A stretch of DNA of 64,000 nt from Chthonomonadales bacterium. Its GTDB lineage: Bacteria; Armatimonadota; Chthonomonadetes; Chthonomonadales; CAJBBX01. The position numbers and the translations under genes were made by a program. This document shows positions 37,000-47,560 of the stretch, one piece after another. The stretch is from positions 519 to 64,518 of the forward strand of contig JBBIPC010000006.1 of NCBI GenBank assembly GCA_037443035.1, read 5' to 3'. The stretch's first letter is position 1. Each line of letters opens with the position of its first letter. The notes under the pieces were generated by a model. It had not been told where the DNA came from and did no database searches. It was given only the letters and a program-made list of their open reading frames with translations.

Positions 37000-38796
37000 C
37001 TAGCCGTACAAGGGTCCGAGGGTCGCGCAGGCCCGATAGTCGGCTCCTTGGGGATCCTGCGCTCCGAAGCGTGCCCAGACAGCCGGCCGGAAAACGCGCT
37101 CTTCCGGAACGTTATGCATGTCCACGGGGATCCGAAGGATAGACGCAAGAGAGATAAGGTCAGCGCCAATGTGTCCGTAGCTGATGGCGCCATGGTTGGC
37201 CCCCCAGTTGTTCATGACGCTGTACACATCTCGGAAGGGACCGCTGCCTGTCAGCCTAGGGGCGAACCACGTCGTGGGCCATCCTGGGTCGGTTCGGTCT
37301 TGGAGGATCCGGTCTACCTTCTCGGGCAGTCCTACCGTGTATCCTTCTGCGATCTGCAGAACCGGTCCAAGCCCTTTGACGAGATTGATGCGCGCCATGG
37401 TACACGGCATGCCGCCCACGGTGGAGAATTGGGACGAGAAACCGCCTCCGCGGAAGTAGCCTACGTTAGCGGGGCACCACCTTGTCGCGTCAATGCATGC
37501 CTGAGCCTCTTCCGGTGTTATCTCCCACCAGCGCTTCATTGCAGGTTCGCCGTTGACGGTCTGGCGTCCAGATGCGTCCAGCGCCGAGGCGCCAGAGTTG
37601 ATCAGATGGATGATGCCGTGCTCGGCGGCACCAGTGAGGCGGAACCCAGTCACGCGTTCGACCGCCTCGGGACTCCAGAACGTCCGCACATCCGAAAACA
37701 TCTGGGCCGAACCTGTAAGGAGATGCATGAACAGCATCGTAACGCCGTTCAGCGAGTCGTTTTCCGTAGCCACGACATAAGGCTGACGAATGCCCGTCCA
37801 GTCGAACGATGAGCACAGGATCGCCTCGAGGAAGTCGCCGTTGGGCATGAAGTCCGTCCACTGGCGCTGGCCCTGGAAACCGCTAGCGATAGCATTGTGG
37901 CCCTGCGCCTCCTCAGGATAGCCCAGTTCTGCCAGTCGCGGATTGCCGACCATGAGGTCTCTCGCGATCAGGGCCATCTTGACGCAGGTCTCCCAATCGC
38001 GATCCTTCTGCTCGCGAGAGCGCTGATTTGCCGGGGCGTTGTAGTCGGGTCCCTCTTTGCAGTTCTCCTTCACCCAGTCCAACGCTACTGCGTATTCGTC
38101 CGGGTCGTAGATATGGAGTTCGAGACGCCGGAGAAACTCTGTCATGTCCACCGTCTCGTTCCGCATGCCGAGGTAGGACTGGAAGAAGTCCTGTTCCACG
38201 ATGGATCCCGCGATACCCATGGACACGCCGCCCATGGCGAGATAAGCCGTTCCGCGCATGGTAGCTGCTGCCAACGCGGCTCGCGTGAACCGGAGAAGCT
38301 TCTCCTGCACGTCGGTGGGGATCGTGGTGTCGTCCGCATCTTGGACGTCTCTGCCATAGATGCCAAACGCGGGCAGACCTTTCTGAGCATGACCCGCGAG
38401 AACCGCTGCCAGATAGACAGCACCAGGACGTTCCGTACCGTTGAAGCCCCACACGGCCTTGGGGACGATGGGATCCATGTCCATCGTCTCAGAGCCGTAG
38501 CACCAGCATGGGGTCACAGTAATGCTCACCCCGACGCCTTCTCGGGCGAACTTCTCGGCGCATGCGGCAGCTTCAGCCACGCCACCGATACAGGTGTCCG
38601 CCACGACGCATTTCACGGGGAGGCCGCAGGCGTGTCGCACGTTGGCCTCTAGGAATTCGGCCACGCGACGGGCCATCCCCATGGTCTGCCCCTCCAGGGA
38701 TTCGCGCACACCACCATGGCGACCGTCAATGGTTGGCCGTATGCCGATCTTCGGCAGGTTGGTGCGTAGTCTGTTGACAGGTGCGTTGACTTTCAT
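37000..38796 (-). CDS. fucI: L-fucose isomerase
   Basis: 598 aa. The N-terminus [26 protein letters not shown] closely follows the E. coli FucI N-terminus. Confidence 0.9.
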   Translation of the reverse strand: MKVNAPVNRLRTNLPKIGIRPTIDGRHGGVRESLEGQTMGMARRVAEFLEANVRHACGLPVKCVVADTCIGGVAEAAACAEKFAREGVGVSITVTPCWCYGSETMDMDPIVPKAVWGFNGTERPGAVYLAAVLAGHAQKGLPAFGIYGRDVQDADDTTIPTDVQEKLLRFTRAALAAATMRGTAYLAMGGVSMGIAGSIVEQDFFQSYLGMRNETVDMTEFLRRLELHIYDPDEYAVALDWVKENCKEGPDYNAPANQRSREQKDRDWETCVKMALIARDLMVGNPRLAELGYPEEAQGHNAIASGFQGQRQWTDFMPNGDFLEAILCSSFDWTGIRQPYVVATENDSLNGVTMLFMHLLTGSAQMFSDVRTFWSPEAVERVTGFRLTGAAEHGIIHLINSGASALDASGRQTVNGEPAMKRWWEITPEEAQACIDATRWCPANVGYFRGGGFSSQFSTVGGMPCTMARINLVKGLGPVLQIAEGYTVGLPEKVDRILQDRTDPGWPTTWFAPRLTGSGPFRDVYSVMNNWGANHGAISYGHIGADLISLASILRIPVDMHNVPEERVFRPAVWARFGAQDPQGADYRACATLGPLYG

Positions 38797-38891
38797 GGCT
38801 ATCCTTGCTCCATTTGCTTGATGTAAGCGTCTGATCTATACCTGCGTCCGTTGGTCATATGCGGCTCGCTCTGCCGCGGAGCAGAGTCGAC

Positions 38892-39929
38892 CTAGCGCAG
38901 CCCCATGAGAGCACGCAGGATGAACGCGTCGAGCCCCTCGTAGTCACGAGCCTCGACGTAGCTCCTCCATGCTTCCCGGTCAATCCGGACGGATACCTCG
39001 ACGAGTTGCTCGAAGAGCGCCTTGCTGTTGGAGAGATGCTTGGTCGCTATGTCGGCAGGTTGGGTGCGCATGGCTTTGACGTCGAGACCCACCACCTCGC
39101 CGTTCGCTCCGTAGTTGTTCTGCACAAGTACATCCACGATGTTGAAGGCGCGCCGAAGGTTGACGCTGCCGAAGGACTTGTCTTCGTCGAACTTCAGGCC
39201 ATTCTGGTCGTTGAGATGAACGCCCCAGAGCTTACCGTGCCAGAGTGCAAAGGCCATCTCATCCGATGGATCGAGCCCGAGCAGGATGGAGTGAGCGGCT
39301 TCGATGAGAGTGCCTACGCGAGACGGATCCGAAGTGCGCGCCGCCAGTGCCAGCCAGTGTCCTGTGGAGGGCAGGTACATGAGATCCATGGGTTCGTTGG
39401 GTTTCATCTCCCCCAGGAGCCGGACATGCGGGTCGTATTCCAGTAGAGCATCGAGGTAACCGAGGAGGCGGTCGTGGGCCACGATCGGGTCCTTGGCTTC
39501 GCGGATGTAGGTCCCTTCCCGCGCCGGCCAGAGAACGATCCTGTCCGTACCCAGAACGTTCGCGATGTCTATGGTCCGCTTGCCACGATCCAGCGCGGCC
39601 AGGCGGGCCTTCGGGTCGTTGGAAGTTATGGCGCCGTCCACGAAGATGGGATCCTCCCATAGTCGCGGTGCGACGAACTCGACCTTCAGACCGGCGTCCT
39701 CGCACATCTTGCGGACACGCTGCGCTTCGGACTCGGTCTGCGACGGTTGGACGGTCATCGGTACGGCATCATCATCGTGGAACTGGACATACGTGAAACC
39801 GAGCCGCCGCAACGTCTCGAGTTTCCGGGCGAAAGAGATCTCCTCACGAACTGGGGGGCCGAAAGGATCGGCGCCTGTGTTCAGGTTCCAAACACCGGCA
39901 GAGAACTCGAAGTGGGTGTTCATGCACAT
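38892..39929 (-). CDS. xylose-isomerase family sugar isomerase (divergent, short)
   Basis: 345 aa. Motifs FHDDD, EMKPNEP and WHGKLWGVHLNDQNGLKFDED parallel class I xylose isomerase motifs. Confidence 0.75.
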   Translation of the reverse strand: MCMNTHFEFSAGVWNLNTGADPFGPPVREEISFARKLETLRRLGFTYVQFHDDDAVPMTVQPSQTESEAQRVRKMCEDAGLKVEFVAPRLWEDPIFVDGAITSNDPKARLAALDRGKRTIDIANVLGTDRIVLWPAREGTYIREAKDPIVAHDRLLGYLDALLEYDPHVRLLGEMKPNEPMDLMYLPSTGHWLALAARTSDPSRVGTLIEAAHSILLGLDPSDEMAFALWHGKLWGVHLNDQNGLKFDEDKSFGSVNLRRAFNIVDVLVQNNYGANGEVVGLDVKAMRTQPADIATKHLSNSKALFEQLVEVSVRIDREAWRSYVEARDYEGLDAFILRALMGLR

Positions 39930-39945
39930 GTTCCTCCAGTGATGG

Positions 39946-40797
39946 TCACTCGGCTCGAAACAGGGGCTGGACTTCGTGGGCCTTCCGCTGCATGGCGTCC
40001 ATCTCCTCGGCGGTCATGGGACGGAACCTTTCGGCGATCTCCAGTACCATACCAAAGATCTCCGGATCACCCGGGGGGATGGCTGCCGTGACCGGCAGGC
40101 TCAGCGTCCATCGGAAGGCCTGTTCGAGTTCAGACGGGCTGCTATATGGTTCGTACCAACATTTCGGGCGCACGGAGCGGTCAGCCCCTTCCGGCCACGG
40201 GCGCCATGCCCCGGCCTTCAGTGCTAGAAGGGCTGCTCCCCGCTCCTTAGCAGTCTTGACAACCTGAGGTCCGAAGTGTCCCTGATAGTAACTCGTGTAA
40301 TGAAGCGGGAACAACACGGAATCGAAGGAAAACTGCTCCAGGCAATAGAGTGCTGCATCTACAGAATGCGCCGAGAATCCTAGGAACCGGACCAATCCCT
40401 TCTCGCGGGCTTCGATCAGCGTCTTCATGGCGCCGTCCGGGGCAAAGCATGCTCGTGCGTCCTCTAGGTTCTGAAGCCCGTGCAACTGATAGAGGTCGAA
40501 GTGGTCCGTCTCGAGCTTCCGCAACGAGGTCTCGAGAGCGGCCCTGGACTCCTGGTACGTGCGCTTCTCGGTCTTGCATGCGAGAAACACCTTGTCGCGA
40601 ATCCCGCGCAGGGCTGGACCGAGACGATCTTCAGCATCGGCGTAGGTCGGTGCGACATCGAAGTAGTTGACACCGCGATCGTAAGCACTGCGTACGATGG
40701 CGTCCGCTTCGTCCTGAGGCATCTGAGCAACGACGATGCCTCCGAGGCCGATTATCGAAAGGTCCACATCGGTGGAACCGTAGCATCGTTCGAGCAT
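39946..40797 (-). CDS. aldo/keto reductase
   Basis: 283 aa. N-terminal pattern [24 protein letters not shown] and the overall AKR layout. Confidence 0.85.
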   Translation of the reverse strand: MLERCYGSTDVDLSIIGLGGIVVAQMPQDEADAIVRSAYDRGVNYFDVAPTYADAEDRLGPALRGIRDKVFLACKTEKRTYQESRAALETSLRKLETDHFDLYQLHGLQNLEDARACFAPDGAMKTLIEAREKGLVRFLGFSAHSVDAALYCLEQFSFDSVLFPLHYTSYYQGHFGPQVVKTAKERGAALLALKAGAWRPWPEGADRSVRPKCWYEPYSSPSELEQAFRWTLSLPVTAAIPPGDPEIFGMVLEIAERFRPMTAEEMDAMQRKAHEVQPLFRAE

Positions 40798-40950
40798 CCA
40801 TCGCTCTCCTTTGGTACCCGAGCAGCCTTCTGCAACTGCGTTCTTCGACCGATTCTTTCAGCGCCGGTGCGTCCACATCCTTCTACGGCCCACGCATAGA
40901 TGTTGGTTCGTTGACTATGGAGCGGTATCTTAGTCGGGGAGGAGATTTCC

Positions 40951-41988
40951 ATGGGAGCGATTGTAGACCTGCGAAGCGACACCGTTACTAGACCGACACC
41001 GGAAATGCGCCGAGCCATGGCGGAAGCTGAGGTCGGCGATGACGTTCTGGGCGATGATCCGACGGTACAAGCGCTGGAAGCTACGGCTGCGCGCCTTACC
41101 GGCAAGGAGGCAGCACTATTCATGCCATCGGGCACGATGAGCAATAGCATCGCCATCAACGTGCACACGAAACCAGGCGACGAAGTCTTGCTGGATTGGG
41201 ATGCCCACTCTGCTCGCTACGAAGTTGGTGCGCCAGCGGTGGTTTCCGGGGTCGTCCTGAGACAGTTCAGGAGCTGCAAAGGCGTGCCCGATGTAGCAGA
41301 CGTGGCCGGGGCGCTGCAGAAAGAGACGGAGCATTCGCCGGGAACACGCCTCATCGTGCTGGAGAATACCCATAACGTGGCCGGTGGGGCGGTGATACCG
41401 CTGGAGATACATGCTGCGGTGTGGGAGTTGGCCCATGCGAACGGCGTCGCGGTGCACGTGGACGGTGCCCGTATCTTCAATGCCTCGGTAGCGACGGGGA
41501 TCCCGGTGCAGTCCTTTGCGAAGTACGCGGACACCCTGACATTCTGCCTCTCCAAGGGGTTGGGGTGTCCGGTGGGTTCGGTATTGTGCGGTTCACACGT
41601 TACGGTGGAACGTGCGCGTCGGGTGCGAAAGATGCTGGGAGGTGGTATGCGACAGGCAGGGATCCTGGCTGCAGCGGGGCTGTATGCACTGGAGCACCAT
41701 GTGCAACGACTGGCTGAAGATCATCGTCGCGCGCGTGCACTAGCTCTGGCGCTCGTGGATCTGCCGGGTGTGTCGGTGGACCTAGACGCCGTCCAGACGA
41801 ACATGGTCTACTTCACAACAGCAGCGGATGCTGATCGCTGGATAGAGCTGCTGCGTGACCGCGGGATTCTATGCCTTGCGCTCGGGTCCCGCCGCATTCG
41901 GCTCGTCACCCATCTCGACGTTACCGATGAGGATGTCGTCCGTGCTGTCGAGGCGTTGCGGCAAGTCGCGGCTGCGTTAGCTGGGTAG
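40951..41988 (+). CDS. ltaE: low-specificity L-threonine aldolase
   Basis: 345 aa. [34 protein letters not shown] is the characteristic N-terminus. A PLP-lysine region is present. Confidence 0.85.
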   Translation: MGAIVDLRSDTVTRPTPEMRRAMAEAEVGDDVLGDDPTVQALEATAARLTGKEAALFMPSGTMSNSIAINVHTKPGDEVLLDWDAHSARYEVGAPAVVSGVVLRQFRSCKGVPDVADVAGALQKETEHSPGTRLIVLENTHNVAGGAVIPLEIHAAVWELAHANGVAVHVDGARIFNASVATGIPVQSFAKYADTLTFCLSKGLGCPVGSVLCGSHVTVERARRVRKMLGGGMRQAGILAAAGLYALEHHVQRLAEDHRRARALALALVDLPGVSVDLDAVQTNMVYFTTAADADRWIELLRDRGILCLALGSRRIRLVTHLDVTDEDVVRAVEALRQVAAALAG

Positions 41989-42016
41989 GGAAACCTGCGC
42001 CGAATGGAACGAAGAA

Positions 42017-42041
42017 AAGGGGGCGCTTCCACCGCCCCCTT
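42017..42041. terminator. bidirectional terminator hairpin between convergent genes
   Basis: AAGGGGGCG (42017-42025) pairs with CGCCCCCTT (42033-42041), 7-nt loop. A/T residues flank it on both sides. Confidence 0.65.
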
Positions 42042-42068
42042 CGCGTGACACCGTCGAGGAGTCGACTC

Positions 42069-42740
42069 CTACGCCGGCGGATTGGCCCCACCCCTGCGAT
42101 TGCCCGCTCTACCGCGCCTCTGCCTATTCTCCTCGTTGAACTTCTTGATGACTTCTTTCTGCTCTGCAGTTAGGAGAGCTTCGGCTTTCGTGCGTGCGTC
42201 TGCCGTCAGCTCGCGCATCTTCGAGCGCCGCTCTTCTGGAGACAGGTTCTGCACTTTCTCCCTAATCTCGCGGGCAATGTCGGTCAGCTTCTTCTTCTGC
42301 TCGTCGGTCAACTTGAGGTCGCCGACAACCTGAAGCGGGATACCCAGCGACCGGAGCACGGCGATCTCAGGTGCAGCGTTGCGAAGCGCTTCCTTCTGCT
42401 CCGGTGTCAGGATGTTGTTGATCTCGGTCGTTGCCTGCTGCGTCAGGTCGCGCCGCTTCTGAGCCGCAGCCGGATCGGGTGCGGCCCCCTGTTGCGGTCG
42501 AAGCGCGCGCAGGTCCTCGGCCAGCTTCGTCTGAATCGCTTTGATCTTCGTCACCTGCTCCGGCGTCAGCTTGCATACTGTTTGGAGCAACTCCACGGGA
42601 ATCTGAGCGACCAATACCCTGGCATTTCGCTGCCGTCCCTGCCGGCCCGGAGCTTGTCCCTGAGCGATCGCCGATGAGACACTCGCCAGGACCAGTGCCG
42701 CGCCGGCCACGAGTGCCAGCCTTCTTGCTCGAGACGTCAT
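42069..42740 (-). CDS. periplasmic Spy/CpxP-family (LTXXQ motif) protein
   Basis: 223 aa with a signal peptide. Four LTxEQ repeats: LTPEQVTKIK, LTPEQKEALR, LTDEQKKKLT and LTAEQKEVIK. Confidence 0.7.
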   Translation of the reverse strand: MTSRARRLALVAGAALVLASVSSAIAQGQAPGRQGRQRNARVLVAQIPVELLQTVCKLTPEQVTKIKAIQTKLAEDLRALRPQQGAAPDPAAAQKRRDLTQQATTEINNILTPEQKEALRNAAPEIAVLRSLGIPLQVVGDLKLTDEQKKKLTDIAREIREKVQNLSPEERRSKMRELTADARTKAEALLTAEQKEVIKKFNEENRQRRGRAGNRRGGANPPA

Positions 42741-42824
42741 TGGTTGGAACCTCCTCTAGCTGTGTCAAGTTGCATGAGCTTGTGCGGATCTACTTCTCGA
42801 AGAATCAGACGTAGAGGCCTGCTT

Positions 42825-43718
42825 ATGGTTCACACTAATGTTGGTTATTGCTCACTTGCCCAGCGAAGACGGACGGCTAGAATGATGTCTGCCGAGGTGC
42901 ACACTCTCCTATCCATACCCGCCTATTGCTCGCTACACTGCGCTTGCGTGACAGTGTACGACGCCGGAGATCATCTGGCCGACTACCGCGGTGTGCACAG
43001 ACCCAGCTCGCGCGCCGAGAAGAGCTGGGAGTTGACCGCGTATCTCGCCGCGATGTGGGCTGAGGGGGAGCTCGGCGTAGGTGAGTGCGGTCGCCCGGTA
43101 CGCATAGGTCTTGCTGCGTACGAAGCATGGCTCGCCGACATGCAGGCAGCGCAACGTCTCTCTCGTCGGCGACTGACGGTTCTATCCGAGCGGGTCTCCC
43201 AGTGGGTTGACATTGCATCTACGGCTTCGCAGTCCATGGCACGCATGGCTGGAAAGAGCACCGCACGGTCGGCGCGGCTGTTGCGCGACGCTGCACACGT
43301 TCACCTGTCTCATTTGCAGGCTCGCTTGCACGCACTCCAGAACCTGCCTAGCCGTGGGAAACGCGGTTACTGCGTCGATCAGATGGCACATGCAAGAACG
43401 TTGGCACGGGCCGCCTGTCTGCTGGTTGCCGAGAGCCTCCGATGCCGCGGCTCTGTGCCCCCACACGTCGCAGCCGCGCTGTTCGCGGAGAGACTCGGGG
43501 CGGTGGAGCCGGTGGCGATGGACGAGCTGCTTTATCTAGTCCGTGCGGCCATGCTACCGCTCCGCATACTCGCGTTACGGTCGCTTGCGCAGCTTCGCGA
43601 TCCTCGGGCAACGGCAGTCATTCGCGAATGCGCCCACGACGATCATCCACTGTGCGCCAGCGTTGCGACGTGGGCACTGGGCGCTCGAGCTTCGCGGATG
43701 GAGGAATCGAAGGACTGA
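42825..43718 (+). CDS. hypothetical protein, C-terminal HEAT-like repeat
   Basis: Lies within ORF 42744-43718. The ATG at 42825 sits 7 nt after AGAGG. The C-terminus LRILALRSLAQLRDPRATAVIRECAHDDHPLCASVATWALG resembles HEAT/PBS-lyase repeats. Confidence 0.45.
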   Translation: MVHTNVGYCSLAQRRRTARMMSAEVHTLLSIPAYCSLHCACVTVYDAGDHLADYRGVHRPSSRAEKSWELTAYLAAMWAEGELGVGECGRPVRIGLAAYEAWLADMQAAQRLSRRRLTVLSERVSQWVDIASTASQSMARMAGKSTARSARLLRDAAHVHLSHLQARLHALQNLPSRGKRGYCVDQMAHARTLARAACLLVAESLRCRGSVPPHVAAALFAERLGAVEPVAMDELLYLVRAAMLPLRILALRSLAQLRDPRATAVIRECAHDDHPLCASVATWALGARASRMEESKD

Positions 43719-43731
43719 ATCCAAGCGGTGC

Positions 43732-44505
43732 CTATGGGTTCGCCAGGACGATTCTGCGGATGCCGTCGAGCGTCAGATCCTCCACTTGAAGCAGGGGCGG
43801 CACAAGGTGCGGTGCGATGAGTCGCGCGAAGCCACCGGTTACTACGACTGCAATCGTTTCGCCCAGTTCGGTTCGCGTTGCATCAGTCAGTTGACGCGCA
43901 GTACCGATCGCGCCGTGAATCGCGCCTGCTCGGATGGCGGATTCCGTGTCCGTACCCACCGCTGAGGGAACTTCACGGGCCGCGTGATCATGGAGCTCGA
44001 CTGCGGGTAGTTGGGCTGTCCCTTGGCAGAGAGCTTGCGTCACGAGCCGTGGGCCGGCGGCGATCGCCCCACCGACCAGACGCCTTTGTGCGTCCACGAC
44101 GGTCATGGTGATCGCTGTACCGCAGTTCAATGTGATCGCCGGGCACCCAACGCGAGCAACTGCGGCCACAGCATCAGCAATGCGATCGGCTCCAAGGTGC
44201 TCTGGATAGCGAACAGCCACGCATAGGCCGAGTTCGAGGTGAGGACCGATGAACAGCGCGGCTGGCAGACCGACCTGCGGTACGGCAGCATCCAATAGCT
44301 CCGTTACCCTGGGAACGACGGATGCAACACCGACACTACGGATGTCCGAGGCGCACACGGCAGACATCAAGGTGCGCAGCAATCGGATGACGTCGTCTAC
44401 CGTCTGAACCGCGTTCGTCTTGAGGGCCTGCTTGGTTCGGACGCACTCTCCGTCGAAGACCGCAGCCTTGATGCGCGTATTACCAACGTCTAGGGCCAAT
44501 ATCAT
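43732..44505 (-). CDS. coaX: type III pantothenate kinase
   Basis: Lies within ORF 43732-44829. Start at MILALDVGNTRIKAAVFDG, the canonical CoaX N-terminus. Confidence 0.9.
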   Translation of the reverse strand: MILALDVGNTRIKAAVFDGECVRTKQALKTNAVQTVDDVIRLLRTLMSAVCASDIRSVGVASVVPRVTELLDAAVPQVGLPAALFIGPHLELGLCVAVRYPEHLGADRIADAVAAVARVGCPAITLNCGTAITMTVVDAQRRLVGGAIAAGPRLVTQALCQGTAQLPAVELHDHAAREVPSAVGTDTESAIRAGAIHGAIGTARQLTDATRTELGETIAVVVTGGFARLIAPHLVPPLLQVEDLTLDGIRRIVLANP

Positions 44506-44613
44506 GGATGCAGGGTACCCGTTCACGGATGGCGGCGTGTCAGCGGATCGCACAGTGAGTGGGCGGCACCGGCCGTGCAGGAACGAACAGGCGTGGCGCG
44601 GAACAACAAGAAC

Positions 44614-46608
44614 ATGCGGTCGGACCCCCTTCCCTTGCCAAGCGCAGCGTCGAACCCAACCTACCAGGCGGCGCTGTCGCCTCGCGGATTGGCCGTCGGT
44701 GTGCTCATGGTTGCACTGACGTGCGTAGTTGTCTGCTTCGCGGAGCTGGTCGTCACCAACATCCAGATCGGTTTCCTGCAGCTTCCGCCAGTCGTGGTAG
44801 GTCTGCTGGTGCTCATCCTGGCTGCGCATGCCGTGCTGGGACGTCTGTCTCCTCGACTCCGCCTAGAGCGTCGCGAACTCTTCACAGTCTACGTCATGAT
44901 GCTCCTCGCCTCGATGGTGTCGTCGCGCGGTCTGCTGCAGAAGCTGATTCCACTTCTCGTGGTACCGAACTACTTCGCGACAACTGAGAATCGTTGGCGC
45001 CAACTCTTCTTCCCGTACATCAAGCGGTGGGCCGTGCCGTGGGATCCTGCGGGCGACATCAAACAGTACGCAGCCGCGCGCTTTTACGACGCTCTTAGGC
45101 CAGGGGAGCGCCTGCCCTGGAATGCGTGGGTCATGCCGCTCGTGGCATGGGGCGTGTTCGTGGCGCTCATCTTCTCGGCTTATCTGTGCCTGGCCGTGTT
45201 GCTGCGTCGCCAGTGGGTGGACAACGAGCGACTGAGCTTCCCTCTGACCCAACTGCCCATGGAGGTCATGCGGCCCGCATCAGGGGGTAGCTTCCTCGCC
45301 AACCGTCTCACATGGTTCGGCTTCGGCATACCGGCCTTCGTGTTCGGTTTCAACGGTATCCATCAGTGGTACCCAAGCTTTCCCGAGTTCGTCACGGACA
45401 TCAACCTAAACACGTACCTTCAGACTCCGCCGTGGAATGCGGCTCTGTTCTTCCATGTGTACATATCGTTCGCTGCCATCGGGTTCTTCTACCTCTTGCC
45501 GACGGACCTCCTGTTTTCTCTCTGGTTCCTGTTCCTCCTGACGCGCTTCGTGGATGTCTTCGCGGCATCCAGAGGGTACCAGCCCCAGATCATGCCGATG
45601 TACGGATGCCTGGAGTTTATCGGGTACCAGATAATTGGCTGCTACCTGGTCATGGTTGGCTACATGGTGTGGGCTGCAAGACCTCACATGCTGCGCATCT
45701 GGCGGTCAGCTTGGCGGAGAAGGGTGGATCCGGACGGCGACGAGCTCCTATCCTACCGCACGGCGTTCTGGGGACTGCTCATCTGTATTCTCCTATCGGC
45801 AGGCTGGCTGACCCTGCTGGGTATGTCGTACTGGCTGGCGTTGTTCGAGCTGGTCATCCTCCTGTTCGTCGTGGCGCTCGTCATGGCACGGTCCACCTGC
45901 GAGTCCGGCATGCTCATGACCGAGACCTCGTTCAGGCCCATTGACATTTTCCGCATGGTAGGGGACGTTCGCAACCTCGGGGCTTCGAACATTGCTGGAC
46001 TCGCCTTCCTGGATGCTCTGTGGATGCGGGACCAGCGAGGACTGGTGCTAACAGGCTTTCTCGACTCGCTGAAGCTAGCGGACGGCGTCAGGATCCGACG
46101 CCGTTCCCTGATCATGGTGCTCGTCTTGGCAATCGTTGTGGCCGTCGGTGTCGCTGGATACCTGCATCTTGTGCTGCCCTACCGCCTCGGTGCCAACAGG
46201 CTCTATGCCTATGTGTACGCCGGCAATCCAGTATGGTCGTTCAACGATGCTACGGTGATCATGAACCGGGATCGTCCACCGTTGTCGTGGATCTCCACTC
46301 TGAACTTCCTTATCGGCGTAGCGGCGACGATCGGCATTGTCGTTCTGCGGGCAAGAACCTTCTGGTTCCCCATTCACCCGCTTGGGTACGCCCTCTGTGG
46401 CACCTGGACGATGATGGTGTTCTGGTTTCCGTGTGCCGTGGCGTGGCTCATCAAGGTTCTCATCCTACGGTATGGCGGGATGCGTCTCTACGCGAGGCTA
46501 CGTCCCGCGTTCCTTGGCATGGTGCTTGGTGAGTTCACCATGGCCGTGCTGTGGGCCACTCCTTCGATTTTCTGGCGTACGCCGACGCCTGCGTTTCCAT
46601 GGCCGTAG
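44614..46608 (+). CDS. large polytopic membrane protein, unknown function
   Basis: About 665 aa (maximal ORF begins with GTG at 44575). At least 12 hydrophobic segments across the whole length. No transporter signature that I can name with confidence. Confidence 0.6.
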   Translation: MRSDPLPLPSAASNPTYQAALSPRGLAVGVLMVALTCVVVCFAELVVTNIQIGFLQLPPVVVGLLVLILAAHAVLGRLSPRLRLERRELFTVYVMMLLASMVSSRGLLQKLIPLLVVPNYFATTENRWRQLFFPYIKRWAVPWDPAGDIKQYAAARFYDALRPGERLPWNAWVMPLVAWGVFVALIFSAYLCLAVLLRRQWVDNERLSFPLTQLPMEVMRPASGGSFLANRLTWFGFGIPAFVFGFNGIHQWYPSFPEFVTDINLNTYLQTPPWNAALFFHVYISFAAIGFFYLLPTDLLFSLWFLFLLTRFVDVFAASRGYQPQIMPMYGCLEFIGYQIIGCYLVMVGYMVWAARPHMLRIWRSAWRRRVDPDGDELLSYRTAFWGLLICILLSAGWLTLLGMSYWLALFELVILLFVVALVMARSTCESGMLMTETSFRPIDIFRMVGDVRNLGASNIAGLAFLDALWMRDQRGLVLTGFLDSLKLADGVRIRRRSLIMVLVLAIVVAVGVAGYLHLVLPYRLGANRLYAYVYAGNPVWSFNDATVIMNRDRPPLSWISTLNFLIGVAATIGIVVLRARTFWFPIHPLGYALCGTWTMMVFWFPCAVAWLIKVLILRYGGMRLYARLRPAFLGMVLGEFTMAVLWATPSIFWRTPTPAFPWP

Positions 46609-46633
46609 AAGGGGATAGTGACATCTGCGGAGG

Positions 46634-47029
46634 ATGAGCATGCAGAGGTATTGCATGGAGTTGACGGTGCAGGGGGAGTTTGACGATGTACTGCGGCGTG
46701 TGCGTGAGGCGTTCGCGGCAGAGGGATTCGGCGTTGTTACGGAGATGAATGTCCAGGCGACCCTGAGTACGAAGATCGGTAAGGATATCGAACCCTACGT
46801 AGTTCTGGGTATGTGCAATCCCCGAGCAGCCTCGGAGGCCATCGAGCTGGAGCCGTCCATTGGCGTTCTGCTGCCCTGCAACGTGTTGGTTCGGCAGTCC
46901 GATGCTGGCGTTCTCGTGGCAGCCCAAGACCCAGCCATGATGGTGCAGGCGACCGGAAATCCGGCACTCGAACCCTTGGCACGTAACGTCGCGCAGATGG
47001 TTCGCAGTGCCCTCTCTAGGCTAGCCTGA
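46634..47029 (+). CDS. DUF302 domain protein
   Basis: 131 aa. FGVVTEMNVQATL...YVVLGMCNP...LPCNVLV matches the DUF302 pattern. Confidence 0.8.
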   Translation: MSMQRYCMELTVQGEFDDVLRRVREAFAAEGFGVVTEMNVQATLSTKIGKDIEPYVVLGMCNPRAASEAIELEPSIGVLLPCNVLVRQSDAGVLVAAQDPAMMVQATGNPALEPLARNVAQMVRSALSRLA

Positions 47030-47148
47030 GCACACGACCGCATCGCCGCAAGCAGCATTCTCGGTCGAGTTCGAGGCTCCTGGCGCACGCTCGCTTGGCT
47101 CGCTGACAGCGCCAATCTGCTTGGCAAAGATGGGAACTTCTTGTGGGC

Positions 47149-47177
47149 TTGGCAACATATGAATAGTCATATATAGT
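47149..47177 (+). promoter_or_regulatory. promoter of the arsR-RND operon
   Basis: TTGGCA (47149-47154), 17-nt spacer, TATAGT (47172-47177). A strong AAGGAGG RBS (47195-47201) lies 5 nt before the GTG start. Confidence 0.55.
47157..47172. promoter_or_regulatory. inverted-repeat operator, presumed ArsR-family binding site
   Basis: ATATGA-atag-TCATAT is a perfect 6-4-6 palindrome inside the promoter spacer. A further TCATATAT copy lies at 47183-47190. Confidence 0.5.
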
Positions 47178-47206
47178 GATGGTCATATATCTCCAAGGAG
47201 GTTCAT

Positions 47207-47560
47207 GTGATTAGGACGCGAAAGCCTGACATGCTCGACATGGACATTCTCGAACGGGTGGCGCCTGTGATCCGTCATGCAGCGCACCCGTTGCGCCTGC
47301 GAATTCTCGATTACCTCCGGTGGGCAGGCGAACCCCAGCCGGTCAGCCGACTTGTTGCCGCCTGTGGCGTCAACCAGGCGGTGGTAAGCCAGCAGCTGCG
47401 CATCCTGAAGGACCAGAACGTCGTGCGCTGTCGGCGCGAAGGCAACAGTGTGCTGTACGAGATCGCGAACCCCAACGTGCTGCTGCTCTTGGAATGCATT
47501 CGCCGCCACGGTACTGGTGGGTGCACTGACAGTTCTGACAAGGGAGGATCCGACGAATGA
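47207..47560 (+). CDS. ArsR/SmtB family transcriptional regulator
   Basis: 117 aa. wHTH pattern HPLRLRILDYL...VSQQLRILKDQNVV. C-terminal ECIRRHGTGGC. Confidence 0.85.
   Translation: MIRTRKPDMLDMDILERVAPVIRHAAHPLRLRILDYLRWAGEPQPVSRLVAACGVNQAVVSQQLRILKDQNVVRCRREGNSVLYEIANPNVLLLLECIRRHGTGGCTDSSDKGGSDE

Noticed and set aside
36405-37193. 262-aa minus-strand ORF bridging the hydrolase and fucI
   Set aside because: It is out of frame with both supported genes and spans their intergenic region. Pro/Ser/Arg-rich product.
37897-38652. 251-aa plus-strand ORF, plus several others across 37000-38800
   Set aside because: They are antisense or out of frame relative to fucI, whose identity is unambiguous.
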